A stretch of DNA of 64,000 nucleotides from the human T2T-CHM13v2.0 reference genome, Homo sapiens (GCF_009914755.1 NC_060935.1), one strand, 5' to 3'; numbered from the stretch's first letter, positions 23,164 through 51,594 are shown. Numbers and translations: made by a program. The notes: generated by a model not told the origin, from the letters alone.

Positions 23164-24191
23164 GGAATAAAACTACTTTCTTTTAAAATTCTAACTTAAA
23201 ATTTTTGGCTTGCAGATTCCAAGTTATCATCTCTGGGCAGGTAGTGGATGAAAAGGTAGAAAGGGTTTGTGTCACCAGAGGGGCATGTGACCTCTTGAGT
23301 TCTGAACCTGAGGTGATTCAGTGGAATGTCCTCGGGCATTCTGTAGCCTTCAATTTTAAAGAGTGGGATAAGGGACTGCGTCACCAGATAATGTGAGTAA
23401 AGTGCTTTTAGATCACCAGATGAAAAGCATTTTATAAAATCCCAAGGTGCTGGTGTTAGTTTGTTATTGTCATCAACAGAAATAATTGTTACTTTTAATC
23501 ATATTGGGGCAGGTGGGGCTCAGTTACCTTAGGCCAATATAGGAATAATAAACTGTTGAATTGGGAAAAAAGAACCAACCCTATGCTATGCTTATTCAGT
23601 TTCTCATAGAGGGCATCATGGCTTTCTCTGCAAGAACATTTCTTACCCAGTGTTCTAATGGGTGATTCCAAAAGACCAAAAATTCAGCTTCTACCTCTTC
23701 AGGATTGTAACTAAAAAGCATAGAGGAGCAAAAGAAACACACAGAGAAAGAAAATGAGACTTGCTTTCCTAATTTTGAGGTTAATTTTTTTCTTTTTTCA
23801 CTATAACAATAAACACTCTTCTTGTCCAAAGAGAAATCTTTGTTCTAGGACTGCCCTTCACTGCTGTGCCCTTGTTTGTGATTTTGATATTCTTGGTATT
23901 TGTTACTACCATCTATGTCAGGTGAGATGGGCCCCTTACAAGAGCTAGTCCTTTGATGTCCTTTGGCCAGGTGAAGCCATGTTCTGCTTCCAATCTGAAC
24001 AGAGCAAAGGATTCTCAAGTCAGTTTTCCTCTGAATTCAGAGTCCCTTCTTACCCACATACATGTAAGTGAAATGGAAAACAGTCTTTCTTTCAGAAAGT
24101 ACTTTTTAACAGCAGCCTGTGGAATTTTAGCCTTGGTGTCTAAGAAATACCCTGAAAGAATTCTCTGATAAAGATACTTGTTTTTCTCCAG

Positions 24192-25261
24192 GTGAGACAC
24201 AGTAACCTGGTTGAACTCTGCATCTGGAAAGCTGAAGACTGAAGAAAGATAAGAGACATTGACTAGTCTGGAAACAGGGACATCTTTGGAACTTCGTTTT
24301 CATCCACAGTAAACTTTTGAAGTGTCATCAATTGGAATTGATTTCTTCATCTTATTCTGCCTATTGGGAAGAACATGGCTTCAAGGATTTTAAGTTTCCC
24401 TTTAGTTTTACATGAACTTTGTAGGAAACAGAGCCCTTAAAGGGCTTGGGAATAACAAGAAGAGATTGAAGACAGAGAAGCTTGCCCTGTTTTCCTTGCC
24501 CCTTCAAAGAAAAGGATTTACAGCTCAAACTTAGAACAGCTGTTGTCCAGCTTTAGCCATCAAGAGAGAAATAAATTAAACCACCATTGCCAGACTACAA
24601 GCCCTGGTGAAGTCAGGGTGTGGGAGTGGTGGCATTGAGAAGACTACCTAAAAGAGACAAAGACTGCAGTAAACAAAGCTCCTCTTTAAAGTTGGAAGGG
24701 GCCTCAGGTTCCTTCTTGGATTGAAATAGAAATAGAAACACAGGGCACACCTCTTTTAGGTGCAGCTCACATTTTATGGAACTGTAGTCGTGGAGGTACT
24801 ATAGTATCTCAGAAGAATTTTTCTTTGCCCAAAGTTTTTTTGCCATACCCTGATATTCTCTCCTTCTTTTGAAGACCTGCCTCCATCCATGAGCTGTATC
24901 TTGATCTGTCTGACTGTCCATGTTTTCCACCTGCAACCATTTGCATGTGTACAGCCTACTGTTTGTCTCCAGTTTTTAAACTGTACAAGTTGTGTTTCTT
25001 AATCTTCCCTTCTGCCTTGTTCTGGGGAGGTGGTTATTCATCATTTGGAATCACCTTTCCCCCTCCCATGTGCTTTCCTTCATTTGAGATCTTTTGACCT
25101 TTGGCTTTATTTGGGAGGGGGAAGGGTGATAAAGTTTTCTGTTTCCCTGGTTTTCTTTTGTACTCCTCTCTGTTGCTTCCCTCCTCCCATTTTCTTGTCT
25201 GTTCTGCCGCTGTGTGGGCCTGGGCTATGCGGCAGGGCAGATTTCCCATCAGAGCTCCAAC
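24192..25261 (+). other. ZDHHC5: ZDHHC5 exon 2, 5' UTR part (1070 nt)
   Basis: Acceptor TTGTTTTTCTCCAG|GTGAGA; repeat-free sequence contiguous with ATG 25262. Confidence 0.75.
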
Positions 25262-25365
25262 ATGCCCGCAGAGTCTGGAAAGAGATTCAAACCCAGCAAG
25301 TATGTCCCGGTCTCTGCAGCCGCCATCTTCCTAGTGGGAGCTACGACACTCTTCTTTGCCTTTAC
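25262..25365 (+). CDS. ZDHHC5: ZDHHC5 exon 2 coding part ([35 protein letters not shown])
   Basis: CCAACATGC start context; donor TAC|GTGAGT; 104 nt. Confidence 0.95.
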
Positions 25366-25746
25366 GTGAGTTTTCTCCCAGCAGGGGTGTTTGGGTGGGT
25401 GGATACTCCATGGGAAGTGAGGAGATAACGCTTTCTCTTGAGTTTTGCAAAGCCAAGTGACTGAGAGGGCTCAGCGTCTGGTACAGGTAAATCCAAATCC
25501 CAGAGACATGTAAGAAAAATGAGAAAAAGCCTGTCCTTTCAGTCGTGTTATCAGTTTTACTTCGCTGAATCTTCTACCTACCCTTTCCTCCTTTATTTTG
25601 GAATCATAGATGTCTTCATATTTTTCTACCCAGCTCCATCATTAGATGATCCTAAGCTAGGAAGGAAGTGGGAGGAAACCACCAGAGAGGCTTAAAGCAG
25701 TTTAAGCAGTCAATTCTATGAGAAAGAGAACTAGACTAGACTAAAG

Positions 25747-32640
<6,894 letters not shown>

Positions 32641-34593
32641 TCAGAGATGGAAACTAAGGTGAATATTTCTTTCAGAAGCTCAAGAGGCCACAGTGGCCAG
32701 TTGTAGGAATGAGACTTTTAAATCATGGGCACCTCAGTGTTCTAAGGATTTAATTTCTTTTTCCCTTCTAATTATCTTCCCAGGCTGTAGGAGTCAAGTG
32801 AGTCACCCTTTCTCTTTTTCCCCAGGCGGAAATTGAAGTGACAACTTAGTACTAGGGAGGGGCTCTGACCTGGATGACTGGTTTTCAGTTTCTCTCCCTC
32901 CTTCTTAAGGAACCTAGGAGGTCAGGCTTTGGGGTGAGGCGGTGCAGGAACTCTTCTTTTTGCTTATATTCCACTCCAAACCCTGCCAATGTATGGAGAC
33001 ATCTTTTCTGAACCAAAGAACTCATAGAGGAAGAAGCTTCCATGGGGGGCTTTCTTTGAGGATAGTATAGAACTATGACTGAAGGTCTGTTTAGTCCCTA
33101 AAATTGATGCCCTTGCTCCAGCTTCGTTATTTTGTCTGCTAATTGTGTACTGACATATCAAGAGAACCAAACAGCTAATGGATATTTACTATCTAAAAAG
33201 CCTGGCATATAATAAATACTAAAAACTTTTCAAAATGAATGGCTGAATGGAATTTGAATAAATAGATGGTGGTGGTAAAGATTTGTGAGATGCTTTGTGA
33301 CAGTTTTGTCTCTTATCTTGATTTGCTTGTATCTCGTTAAGGAACTGAGTTCCTCCAAACTGCTCTGAGTCAGTCTCAGGGCTGTGCTTTTTGTTTTGGT
33401 GGGTGCAGATACCTTTTCTTCACAGAATCCCAGACTGCTGTGGTTTAATTCTCTGGAATCATATGCTGTCTTGTTCTCCTGTCCTCTTCTTCCTTTCCTT
33501 CAGTGAGTTCTTCCTTTGCTTTGACTGGTTCAGATAAAGGGGACAAGGACAGATGCTGTCCTCATTCTGGAGATTAAGTTCTCAGCCACAAAGTAGATTA
33601 GAGTATTTATCCACTGTCTTGGTAGTGGGAAGTTCTCCCTGAGCTGAGACGAGAGTGTTTGATACTACTGACAAAAAAGTAGCACATCAGGTTCTTCCAA
33701 AACTTCCAGCTCCCAGGAAATCAGCAGAGAAAGGAAGAGCTCTTGAAGCATTCCTACGTAGATTCAAATCCTGAAAGAAACTGAGTTTAATTCTGGACTA
33801 GAGAATTGTTTTTTTGATCAAGAAAAGTTACCTTAAAGCATATCTTGAGTTGACTGCTGTGGAATACTGGGTATGTTTGGGTAGTTTCTTTTTCCTACAA
33901 AATTGAGGGCTTCTTTGGTCTGATAGTCTCTATCCTCCCCCATTCCTGCTTCATTTTTAGACATCAAAGGGTTTACTTCTGTGTCTTGATATCCATTCTC
34001 ATCTGTGTGTTTTAAAAGAATTTCCCAACCTTAAGAACTGGCCTGTAGTTGAGTAAACTCTCAGGCATATCCAATGCAATGGAGATACTTTAGGCACTTA
34101 TGTGGTTCAGTCCCCTGGCAAGGGGGAGGCGGGGGCTAGAAAGGTAGGTGGTATCCCATGCTTTGGGCCAATGTGCAGGTCAATGGGACATAGCTGGGAT
34201 CCAGAAACCTCAGGCTGCTCCAGAGAAGGGAGTGTAGCTGATATCATAGTCAGTACCTGGTTCTTATGTCTGGTTAGAAAGGAGATAAGGACAGATCTCA
34301 AAACATGTGGCAAGATCCACAGGGTAGGAATGAATCTGAAGCACAAAGACCTTAGTGCAACAGGTTAAGATGGGAGAGATTCTGAGTCTTGTACTTTTAT
34401 CTAAAGTGAGCAGTTCCCATAGGAAACTAGACTCACTTAGTGGGAAAGATAAAGATAATAATTTGGGATGGCAAAGGTAAACCACACAAGATTTATCTAT
34501 AGGTAAGGGGCTAAGTCTTTACAGATTTTTGTATGTATGGTTCGTGTCCAAAATATTAGAGGCAACCCCTCATTTTCTTTATTGTCTGTGCAG

Positions 34594-34715
34594 GTGTCCA
34601 GGACTAAGCCTGTATGTGTCACCTGCAGTGCCCATCTACAATGCAATTATGTTTCTCTTTGTGTTGGCCAACTTCAGCATGGCCACCTTCATGGACCCAG
34701 GGATTTTCCCTCGAG
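34594..34715 (+). CDS. ZDHHC5: ZDHHC5 exon 3 ([40 protein letters not shown])
   Basis: CAG|GTG acceptor, GAG|GTAAGA donor, DPG motif; 122 nt. Confidence 0.96.
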
Positions 34716-34756
34716 GTAAGATCTGCTTCTCTCTTAGAAGCACCTTACACTGCCTT

Positions 34757-34887
34757 TGAAAAATAATGAGTTGGCCATACACAGTTGATCTTGGGCCTTA
34801 AGAGTCCTGGGATTTTGGGATATGAAAAATAATGATTTGGGCATACGCAGTTGATCTTGGGCCTTAAAGTCCGGGGATTTTGGGATA
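34757..34887 (+). repeat. ~66-bp tandem duplication just downstream of exon 3
   Basis: TGAAAAATAATGA..GTTGATCTTGGGCCTTAA..GGGATTTTGGGATA twice, with a few substitutions. Confidence 0.9.
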
Positions 34888-34999
34888 CTTTTATCATTTT
34901 CTGATGATGAAAATCAGGTCAGGGTCTTTAGGAATATATGTCATAACTTCTAGTCCTATGATTCACTTTGGGTCAAATCTTTGAGTTTTAGTGATTTGT

Positions 35000-40238
<5,239 letters not shown>

Positions 40239-40676
40239 TGGGCAAAGGATTCGTGCCTGGAAAAAAAGGTTGATGTTAGTTCCTCTCTTGGATTGCTATA
40301 GTTCACTCATATAAATGTAGATACTGAACTCTTATGCAAACTCATTATGTATGTGCTTTGATATGTAAACTATTTCTTTAAAATATATTCATATACTTAA
40401 ACCAAATAACACCAGCAGATGCATACAAGAGCTACCTCTTGAGTCATTTTATCTCGAACCTCACTTCCCAATGCAGAATAAATTGCTCCCTCATCCATGT
40501 TCCCATAGTGTTGTATAAAGACCTGACCTCACAGTCTTATAGTTCCTAGTTCCTAGTCTCACTCATTAGACTGTGAATTCCTCAAAGGCAGAAGCTATAT
40601 TTTAAACATCATTGAATCCCTAGCACTTACTACAGTTCTGGCATAGTTGTTTTTAATTGACTTTTCCTCTCTACAG

Positions 40677-40834
40677 CTGAGGAGGATGAGGACAAGGAAG
40701 ATGATTTCCGAGCTCCCCTTTACAAAACAGTGGAGATAAAGGGCATCCAGGTGCGCATGAAATGGTGTGCCACCTGCCGCTTTTACCGTCCCCCTCGATG
40801 TTCCCACTGCAGTGTCTGTGACAACTGTGTGGAG
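40677..40834 (+). CDS. ZDHHC5: ZDHHC5 exon 4, cysteine-rich domain ([25 protein letters not shown])
   Basis: CTACAG| acceptor, GAG|GTAAGC donor; 158 nt. Confidence 0.97.
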
Positions 40835-41427
40835 GTAAGCACCCTGGGTGGGGTAAGACTTCATGCTTAACCTTCATTGTCTTCATCCTAACCATATAAT
40901 AGATTCTTAGCTTTGGATGTGGTATAGTCCTGTCTAACTATGTTGGCCACATGGTCCAGCTCTGTCAAATGGTGTTAATAATGACATGGCATGAGAGGCA
41001 GAGCATAAATATTATTGCAGGAGGGAAGCTTTAACTCAATATGGGCATAGGCTTTCTTTTTTATTTATTTTTACTTTTTGTAGTGATGAGGTCTCACTGT
41101 GTTGCTTGGACTATCTCAAATTCCTGGCTTCAAGTGATCCTCATGCCCTGGCCTCCCAGAGTGCTGAGTGCTGGGATTACAGGCATGAGCCATTGCACTA
41201 GCAGGGTGTAGGCTTTCTTGACACCAAGATTTATAGTTCTAGCCTTCTATCTATTGGCTCAGTTTTGGTTATTTATCCTGGCTTTGCATTTTCTCTTCCA
41301 GAAAATCATGCTGTTGTGTTTCAATTTGTTGTAGTTGTTTTCCTGCCTGTCCTTCTGCATCCCTTGTCCTTTTTCCATTCCATTTTCACTTAGCTATAAG
41401 CAGTTACCTGCCAAATCTTCCTTCTAA

Positions 41428-41674
<247 letters not shown>

Positions 41675-42199
41675 TAGCTGGGATTACAGGCACGCGCTAC
41701 CACGCCCGGCTAATTTTTGTATTTTTAGTAGAGATGGGGTTTCACCATGTTGGTCAGGCTGGTCTTGAACTCCTGACCTCGTGATCTACCCGCCTCGGCC
41801 TCTCAAAGTGCTGGGATTACAGGCGTGAGCCACCGCGCCCGGCCAATTTTTTTTTTTTTTTTTTTTTAAGAGATGGGGTCTTGCTATGTTGCCCAGTACA
41901 GTGGCTATTCACAGGCAGTCATCATAGTTCACTACAGCCTTGAACTCCTGGGCTCAAGCCCCAGCCCCCCAAGTAGCTGGGACTACAAGTGTGCACCACT
42001 ACGCCTGGTTGGCCTTGGCCTTTGACCAACCTCTGGAAGGTCTCCCTTGCAGATTTATAGAGCAAAATAAACTGGATTTAATTTTGAACTAATTGGTGAC
42101 CATGATCAAAACTTAGCTGCCATTTGTTTCTCTTCTTGACAGAAGTAATTTAATGCTATGGTCCAGGGATGCCTCTCATCTGTCTCTCTTTGTCCCTAG

Positions 42200-42372
42200 G
42201 AATTTGATCATCACTGCCCCTGGGTGAATAACTGTATTGGTCGCCGGAACTACCGTTATTTTTTCCTTTTCCTCCTTTCCCTGACAGCCCACATTATGGG
42301 TGTGTTTGGCTTTGGCCTCCTTTATGTCCTCTACCACATAGAGGAACTCTCAGGGGTCCGCACGGCTGTCAC
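42200..42372 (+). CDS. ZDHHC5: ZDHHC5 exon 5, catalytic DHHC motif ([21 protein letters not shown])
   Basis: CCCTAG|GAA acceptor; DHHC at 42206-42217; donor AC|GTATCCTT; 173 nt. Confidence 0.97.
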
Positions 42373-42503
42373 GTATCCTTCAAGGCCTTTTAGATTGTGG
42401 GATTGGAAGGGGGAGGAATGAGGGCTAAAGGGAAAATGGCTGCAGTAGGGGCCGGGGAAAGTGAGGTCATGTTGCTCTGTTCTCCTTGATTGTTTGGCAT
42501 CAG
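42373..42503 (+). other. ZDHHC5: U12-type (minor spliceosome) GT-AG intron 5 of ZDHHC5
   Basis: 5'ss GTATCCTT; branch TCCTTGAT 42483-42490 close to the CAG; no real pyrimidine tract after the branch. Confidence 0.92.
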
Positions 42504-42606
42504 AATGGCAGTAATGTGTGTGGCTGGCTTATTCTTCATCCCTGTAGCTGGCCTCACGGGATTTCACGTGGTTCTGGTGGCCAGGGGACGCACAACCAAT
42601 GAACAG
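42504..42606 (+). CDS. ZDHHC5: ZDHHC5 exon 6 ([34 protein letters not shown])
   Basis: TM segment plus TTxE motif; donor CAG|GTATGG; 103 nt. Confidence 0.96.
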
Positions 42607-42806
42607 GTATGGAGAAAAGTGACGAGAGACCCCTGAAGAGCAGGTCATGTCTCTTTAGCCTTCTGATTAGTGTGCAGTGTAGTGCTTCCACAAAGAGATG
42701 CTTAATGAATACTTTTCATGATTATGTAGAGATTAATGGTAGGGAGTGAGGTAGTCCTAGTTCCTCATGTAAGTGTAGAGGCCATGTAAGAATAGAGGCC
42801 ATTTCT

Positions 42807-43978
<1,172 letters not shown>

Positions 43979-44143
43979 GAATAGAGGCCACTTCTTAGTT
44001 AACAGACATTTACTATATGCCCACTGGATACTGGAGAATTTAGGCTCTGAGTTTATAGAAACAATGAAAGACTTAGGCTAGCCCTCAAGAAGCTTATAGT
44101 GCTGCTTACAGGAAAGCAATGATTTTTGTGCATATAATAGTAG

Positions 44144-44368
<225 letters not shown>

Positions 44369-44779
44369 TAGTAGAGATGGGGTTTTGCCATGTTGGCCAG
44401 TTTGGTCTCAAATTCCGGACCTCAGGTGATCCACCTGCCTCAGCCTCCCAAAGTGCTGGGATTACAGGTGTGAGCTGCCATGCCCAGCCCTTAATTGCTT
44501 ATTCTTTATCTTAGTTTTCAATATTTAGAAAGCTATCCCATTTTACATGAGGAAACTGAGGTTTTGGGTCAGCAACCATGAGGTAGACCTAGGATTTGAA
44601 CTAAGGACCCTGACTGTAGATTCCCTGCTCTTAACCATAACATATATAAATTTCTTGTGTTTTACTCATTTGCATAGCCCTCAGATAGTGAGTGCACAAT
44701 AACTTGTAATAGATTTGTATTTTGGCCTTTGGAAGTCAAGGTCTCATCTTCTAACCTGGTATTTTTTTTCTCCCTCTAG

Positions 44780-44871
44780 GTTACGGGTAAATTCCGGGGA
44801 GGTGTGAACCCCTTCACCAATGGCTGCTGTAACAATGTCAGCCGTGTTCTCTGCAGTTCTCCAGCACCCAG
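44780..44871 (+). CDS. ZDHHC5: ZDHHC5 exon 7 ([31 protein letters not shown]; C236/C237/C245)
   Basis: CTCTAG|GTT acceptor, CAG|GTACAC donor; 92 nt. Confidence 0.96.
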
Positions 44872-44977
44872 GTACACCTATCCCTCTGGTCTAGTGTTTA
44901 CCATTGGTCAGAACTTTTATCTTCTTTGGGCTTGTTCTGGTAAAGGAGGGGTCTGGTGAGAGCCTTTAGGAAGGGTT

Positions 44978-45048
44978 CTCTATCTTAGAATGTTAAGTAC
45001 CCACTCTATCTTAGAATGGTAAGTAGTCTATCTTAGAATGGTAAGTAC
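44978..45048 (+). repeat. Triplicated ~23-bp unit TCTATCTTAGAATG(G/T)TAAGTA
   Basis: Three copies read directly. Confidence 0.9.
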
Positions 45049-45069
45049 CTACATGCCCATCCTTTAGTG

Positions 45070-45643
45070 CAGTGGTCCCTAACCTTTTTGGCAGCAGGGA
45101 CCGGTTTCATGGGAGACACTTTTTCCACAGATGGGGGCTGGGGTGGGGTGGTTTCAGGATGAAACTGTTCCACCTCAGATCATGAGGCATTAGATTCTCA
45201 TGGCTGGGTGTGGCGGCTCACACCCAGCACTTTGGGAGGCCGAGGTGGGCGAATCACTTGAGGTCAGAAGTTCAAGTCCAGCCTGGCCAATATGGTGAAA
45301 CCCCTTCTCTACTCAAAATACAAAAATTAGCTGGGCAAGGTGGCAGGCACCTGTAATCCCAGCTACTTGGGAGGCTGAGGCAGGATAATTGCCTGAACCC
45401 AGGAGGCAGAGGTTGCAGTGAGCTCAGAGCACACATACAACCTAGATTGCTTGCATGTGTAGTTTACAACAGGGTTCTAGGGTTTGCGCTCCTAAGAGAA
45501 TCTAATGCCTCCGCTGATCTGACAGGAGATGGAGCTCAGGTGATAATGCTCACTGGCCCACTGCTTACCTCCTGCTATGTGGCCCAGTTCCTAACAGGCC
45601 ATGAACCGGTACTGGTCTGCGGCCCAGGGGTTGGGGACCCCTG
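45070..45643. mobile_element. MER1-type hAT/Charlie DNA transposon with a nested Alu (45203-45430)
   Basis: TIRs CAGTGGTCCCTAACC / GGTTGGGGACCCCTG; perfect 8-bp TSD CTTTAGTG at 45062-45069 and 45644-45651. Confidence 0.9.
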
Positions 45644-45951
45644 CTTTAGTGGACACTGTGAATTCCATTGATATTCTTCAGGTATTAAGGTAAATCTTTG
45701 AGAATTGAGGGTGAATAAGATACACTCTAAAGTGCTTTCCTTGAGCTAGGTATCTGCTCACAAAGGCCTAGTCCTGCTGCAGTCCTTCACAGAATCAATT
45801 CTGTTTATTGCTAAGTAAGTGATGGCCAAAACTGCAATTACTTTTTTACCAACCTAATAAAAATGGTTTACAGAAACAGTAGATACTTTAAAATATAAAT
45901 GAATGAAAGCTCTCTCGCTGTGTCTCTCTCTCTCTCTCTCTCGACACTTAG

Positions 45952-46084
45952 GTATTTGGGGAGACCAAAGAAAGAGAAGACAATTGTAATCAGACCTCCC
46001 TTCCTTCGACCAGAAGTTTCAGATGGGCAGATAACTGTGAAGATCATGGATAATGGCATCCAGGGAGAGCTGAGGAGAACAAAG
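45952..46084 (+). CDS. ZDHHC5: ZDHHC5 exon 8 ([28 protein letters not shown])
   Basis: (TC)n..CTTAG| acceptor, AAG|GTGAGG donor; 133 nt. Confidence 0.95.
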
Positions 46085-46115
46085 GTGAGGAATTTAGAGA
46101 AGTCAAGCTAGATAA

Positions 46116-47981
<1,866 letters not shown>

Positions 47982-48089
47982 TACATGAGAATTGACTCCC
48001 AAATACCTCCCTCTTATATCAATTTAATACTTTGAGTTGCCATAATGCTCAATTTCTAAATCTGATTTTCCCTCCCTTCATCAATCCAG

Positions 48090-48213
48090 TCTAAGGGAAG
48101 CCTGGAGATAACAGAGAGCCAGTCTGCAGATGCTGAACCTCCACCTCCTCCTAAGCCAGACCTGAGCCGTTACACAGGGTTGCGAACACACCTCGGCCTG
48201 GCTACTAATGAGG
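48090..48213 (+). CDS. ZDHHC5: ZDHHC5 exon 9 ([41 protein letters not shown])
   Basis: TCCAG| acceptor, AGG|GTAAGG donor; 124 nt. Confidence 0.95.
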
Positions 48214-48930
48214 GTAAGGGCTGCCTTGATTTGCAAGATACTAGAACTAGGGGCAGGATTGAGAAGGTTGCTTATGAGCTGTGGAAGACAGGCAAGGGCT
48301 GGGAGATATTACTCGTGTTGTGACTTTAAACACCCAACAGTTGGTACTTGTGCTACTTTGCAACTGAAAGAGAAGAGAGGCCATTTAGCTATTGGCAGTG
48401 AATGGGACTTTTGCCGGGAAAATGGTCAGCCTCTAGGCAGACCAGAGAACATCACAGAACCTTTTTGGTGCATTTACCCACCCTGAATTCTGGGCTGGTG
48501 TGAGTCTTTAAAAGTCTTGATTTCAGCGAAGGGTATATCTATTCCTACCTTGTCCTCTCCCTGTACTTAAGGAACCCTAGGCAGATAAAGTGAACAACTC
48601 ATAGACTAGACGCAGTGGCTCACACCTGTGATCCCAGCACTTTGGGAGGCCAACGCAGGAGGATTGCTTGAGCCCAGGAGTTCAAGACCACCCTGGGCAA
48701 CATAGCAAGACTCTGTCTCTACAAAAAATTTAAAAAAGTTAGCTGGGCATGGTGGCATATGCCTGCAGTCCCAGCTACTCAGGAGGCTGAGGTGGGAGCC
48801 CAGGAGTTCAAGGCTCCAGTGAGCTATAATCGTGCCACTGCACTCTAGCTTGGACAGTAGAGTGAGACCCTGTCTCTTAAACCAAAAAACCGCTTGTAAA
48901 ATAGTGCCCCCTTGGCCTTTTTTCTTGCAG

Positions 48931-49043
48931 ATAGTAGCTTATTGGCCAAGGACAGCCCCCCGACACCTACCATGTACAAGTATCGGCCGGGTTACAGTAG
49001 CAGCAGTACGTCAGCTGCCATGCCGCATTCCTCCAGCGCCAAG
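48931..49043 (+). CDS. ZDHHC5: ZDHHC5 exon 10 ([38 protein letters not shown])
   Basis: TTTCTTGCAG| acceptor, AAG|GTACTG donor; 113 nt. Confidence 0.95.
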
Positions 49044-49084
49044 GTACTGAGTACTCTAAGAGGTGGGGTAATAACATGCCAACT

Positions 49085-50522
<1,438 letters not shown>

Positions 50523-50734
50523 TCAGCCTTTCTACGTCTTGCTTTCTGTATCTGAAAAGGAGATGATATTTGCCTGAATTCAGTTTTTCTTGAGGGATTA
50601 ACCCAGATAATGCATGTAAGAGTTCTAAGCTTATTATTGGCACATAATTCTCTTTTTGACCAACTCCTTGAGCTCTGGGGTCTAGCTTCTGTCACAAAAG
50701 GAGCACTAAGAGCCTGCTTTACTTTCTTCCTCAG

Positions 50735-51594
50735 TTGAGTCGTGGGGACAGCTTGAAGGAGCCAACCTCAATTGCAGAGAGCAGCCGTCACCCCAGCTAC
50801 CGCTCAGAGCCCAGCTTGGAACCAGAGAGCTTCCGTTCTCCTACCTTTGGCAAAAGTTTTCACTTCGATCCACTATCCAGTGGCTCACGCTCCTCCAGCC
50901 TCAAGTCAGCCCAGGGCACAGGCTTTGAGCTGGGCCAGTTGCAATCCATTCGTTCAGAGGGCACCACCTCCACCTCCTATAAGAGCCTGGCCAACCAGAC
51001 ACGCAATGGAAGCCTATCTTATGACAGCTTGCTCACACCTTCAGACAGCCCTGATTTTGAGTCAGTGCAGGCAGGGCCTGAGCCAGACCCACCTTTAGGC
51101 TATACCTCTCCCTTCCTGTCAGCCAGGCTGGCCCAGCAACGGGAAGCTGAGAGGCACCCACGTTTGGTGCCAACTGGCCCAACACACCGAGAGCCCTCAC
51201 CAGTCCGTTACGACAATCTGTCGCGCCACATTGTGGCCTCTCTCCAGGAACGAGAGAAGTTGCTGCGCCAGTCACCCCCACTCCCGGGCCGTGAGGAAGA
51301 ACCAGGCTTGGGGGACTCAGGCATTCAGTCAACACCAGGCTCGGGCCATGCCCCTCGTACTAGTTCCTCCTCAGATGATTCAAAGAGATCACCTTTGGGC
51401 AAGACTCCACTGGGACGCCCAGCTGTCCCCCGTTTTGGCAAGCCAGATGGGCTAAGGGGCCGGGGAGTAGGGTCCCCTGAACCAGGCCCAACAGCCCCAT
51501 ACCTGGGCCGATCGATGTCTTACAGCAGCCAAAAAGCCCAACCTGGTGTCTCTGAGACAGAAGAAGTGGCCTTGCAGCCATTACTGACACCCAA
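50735..51594 (+). CDS. ZDHHC5: ZDHHC5 exon 11, Ser/Pro-rich cytoplasmic tail with YDNL (Y533)
   Basis: CTCAG| acceptor, CAA|GTAAGT donor; 860 nt; matches ORF 50735-51598. Confidence 0.96.
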
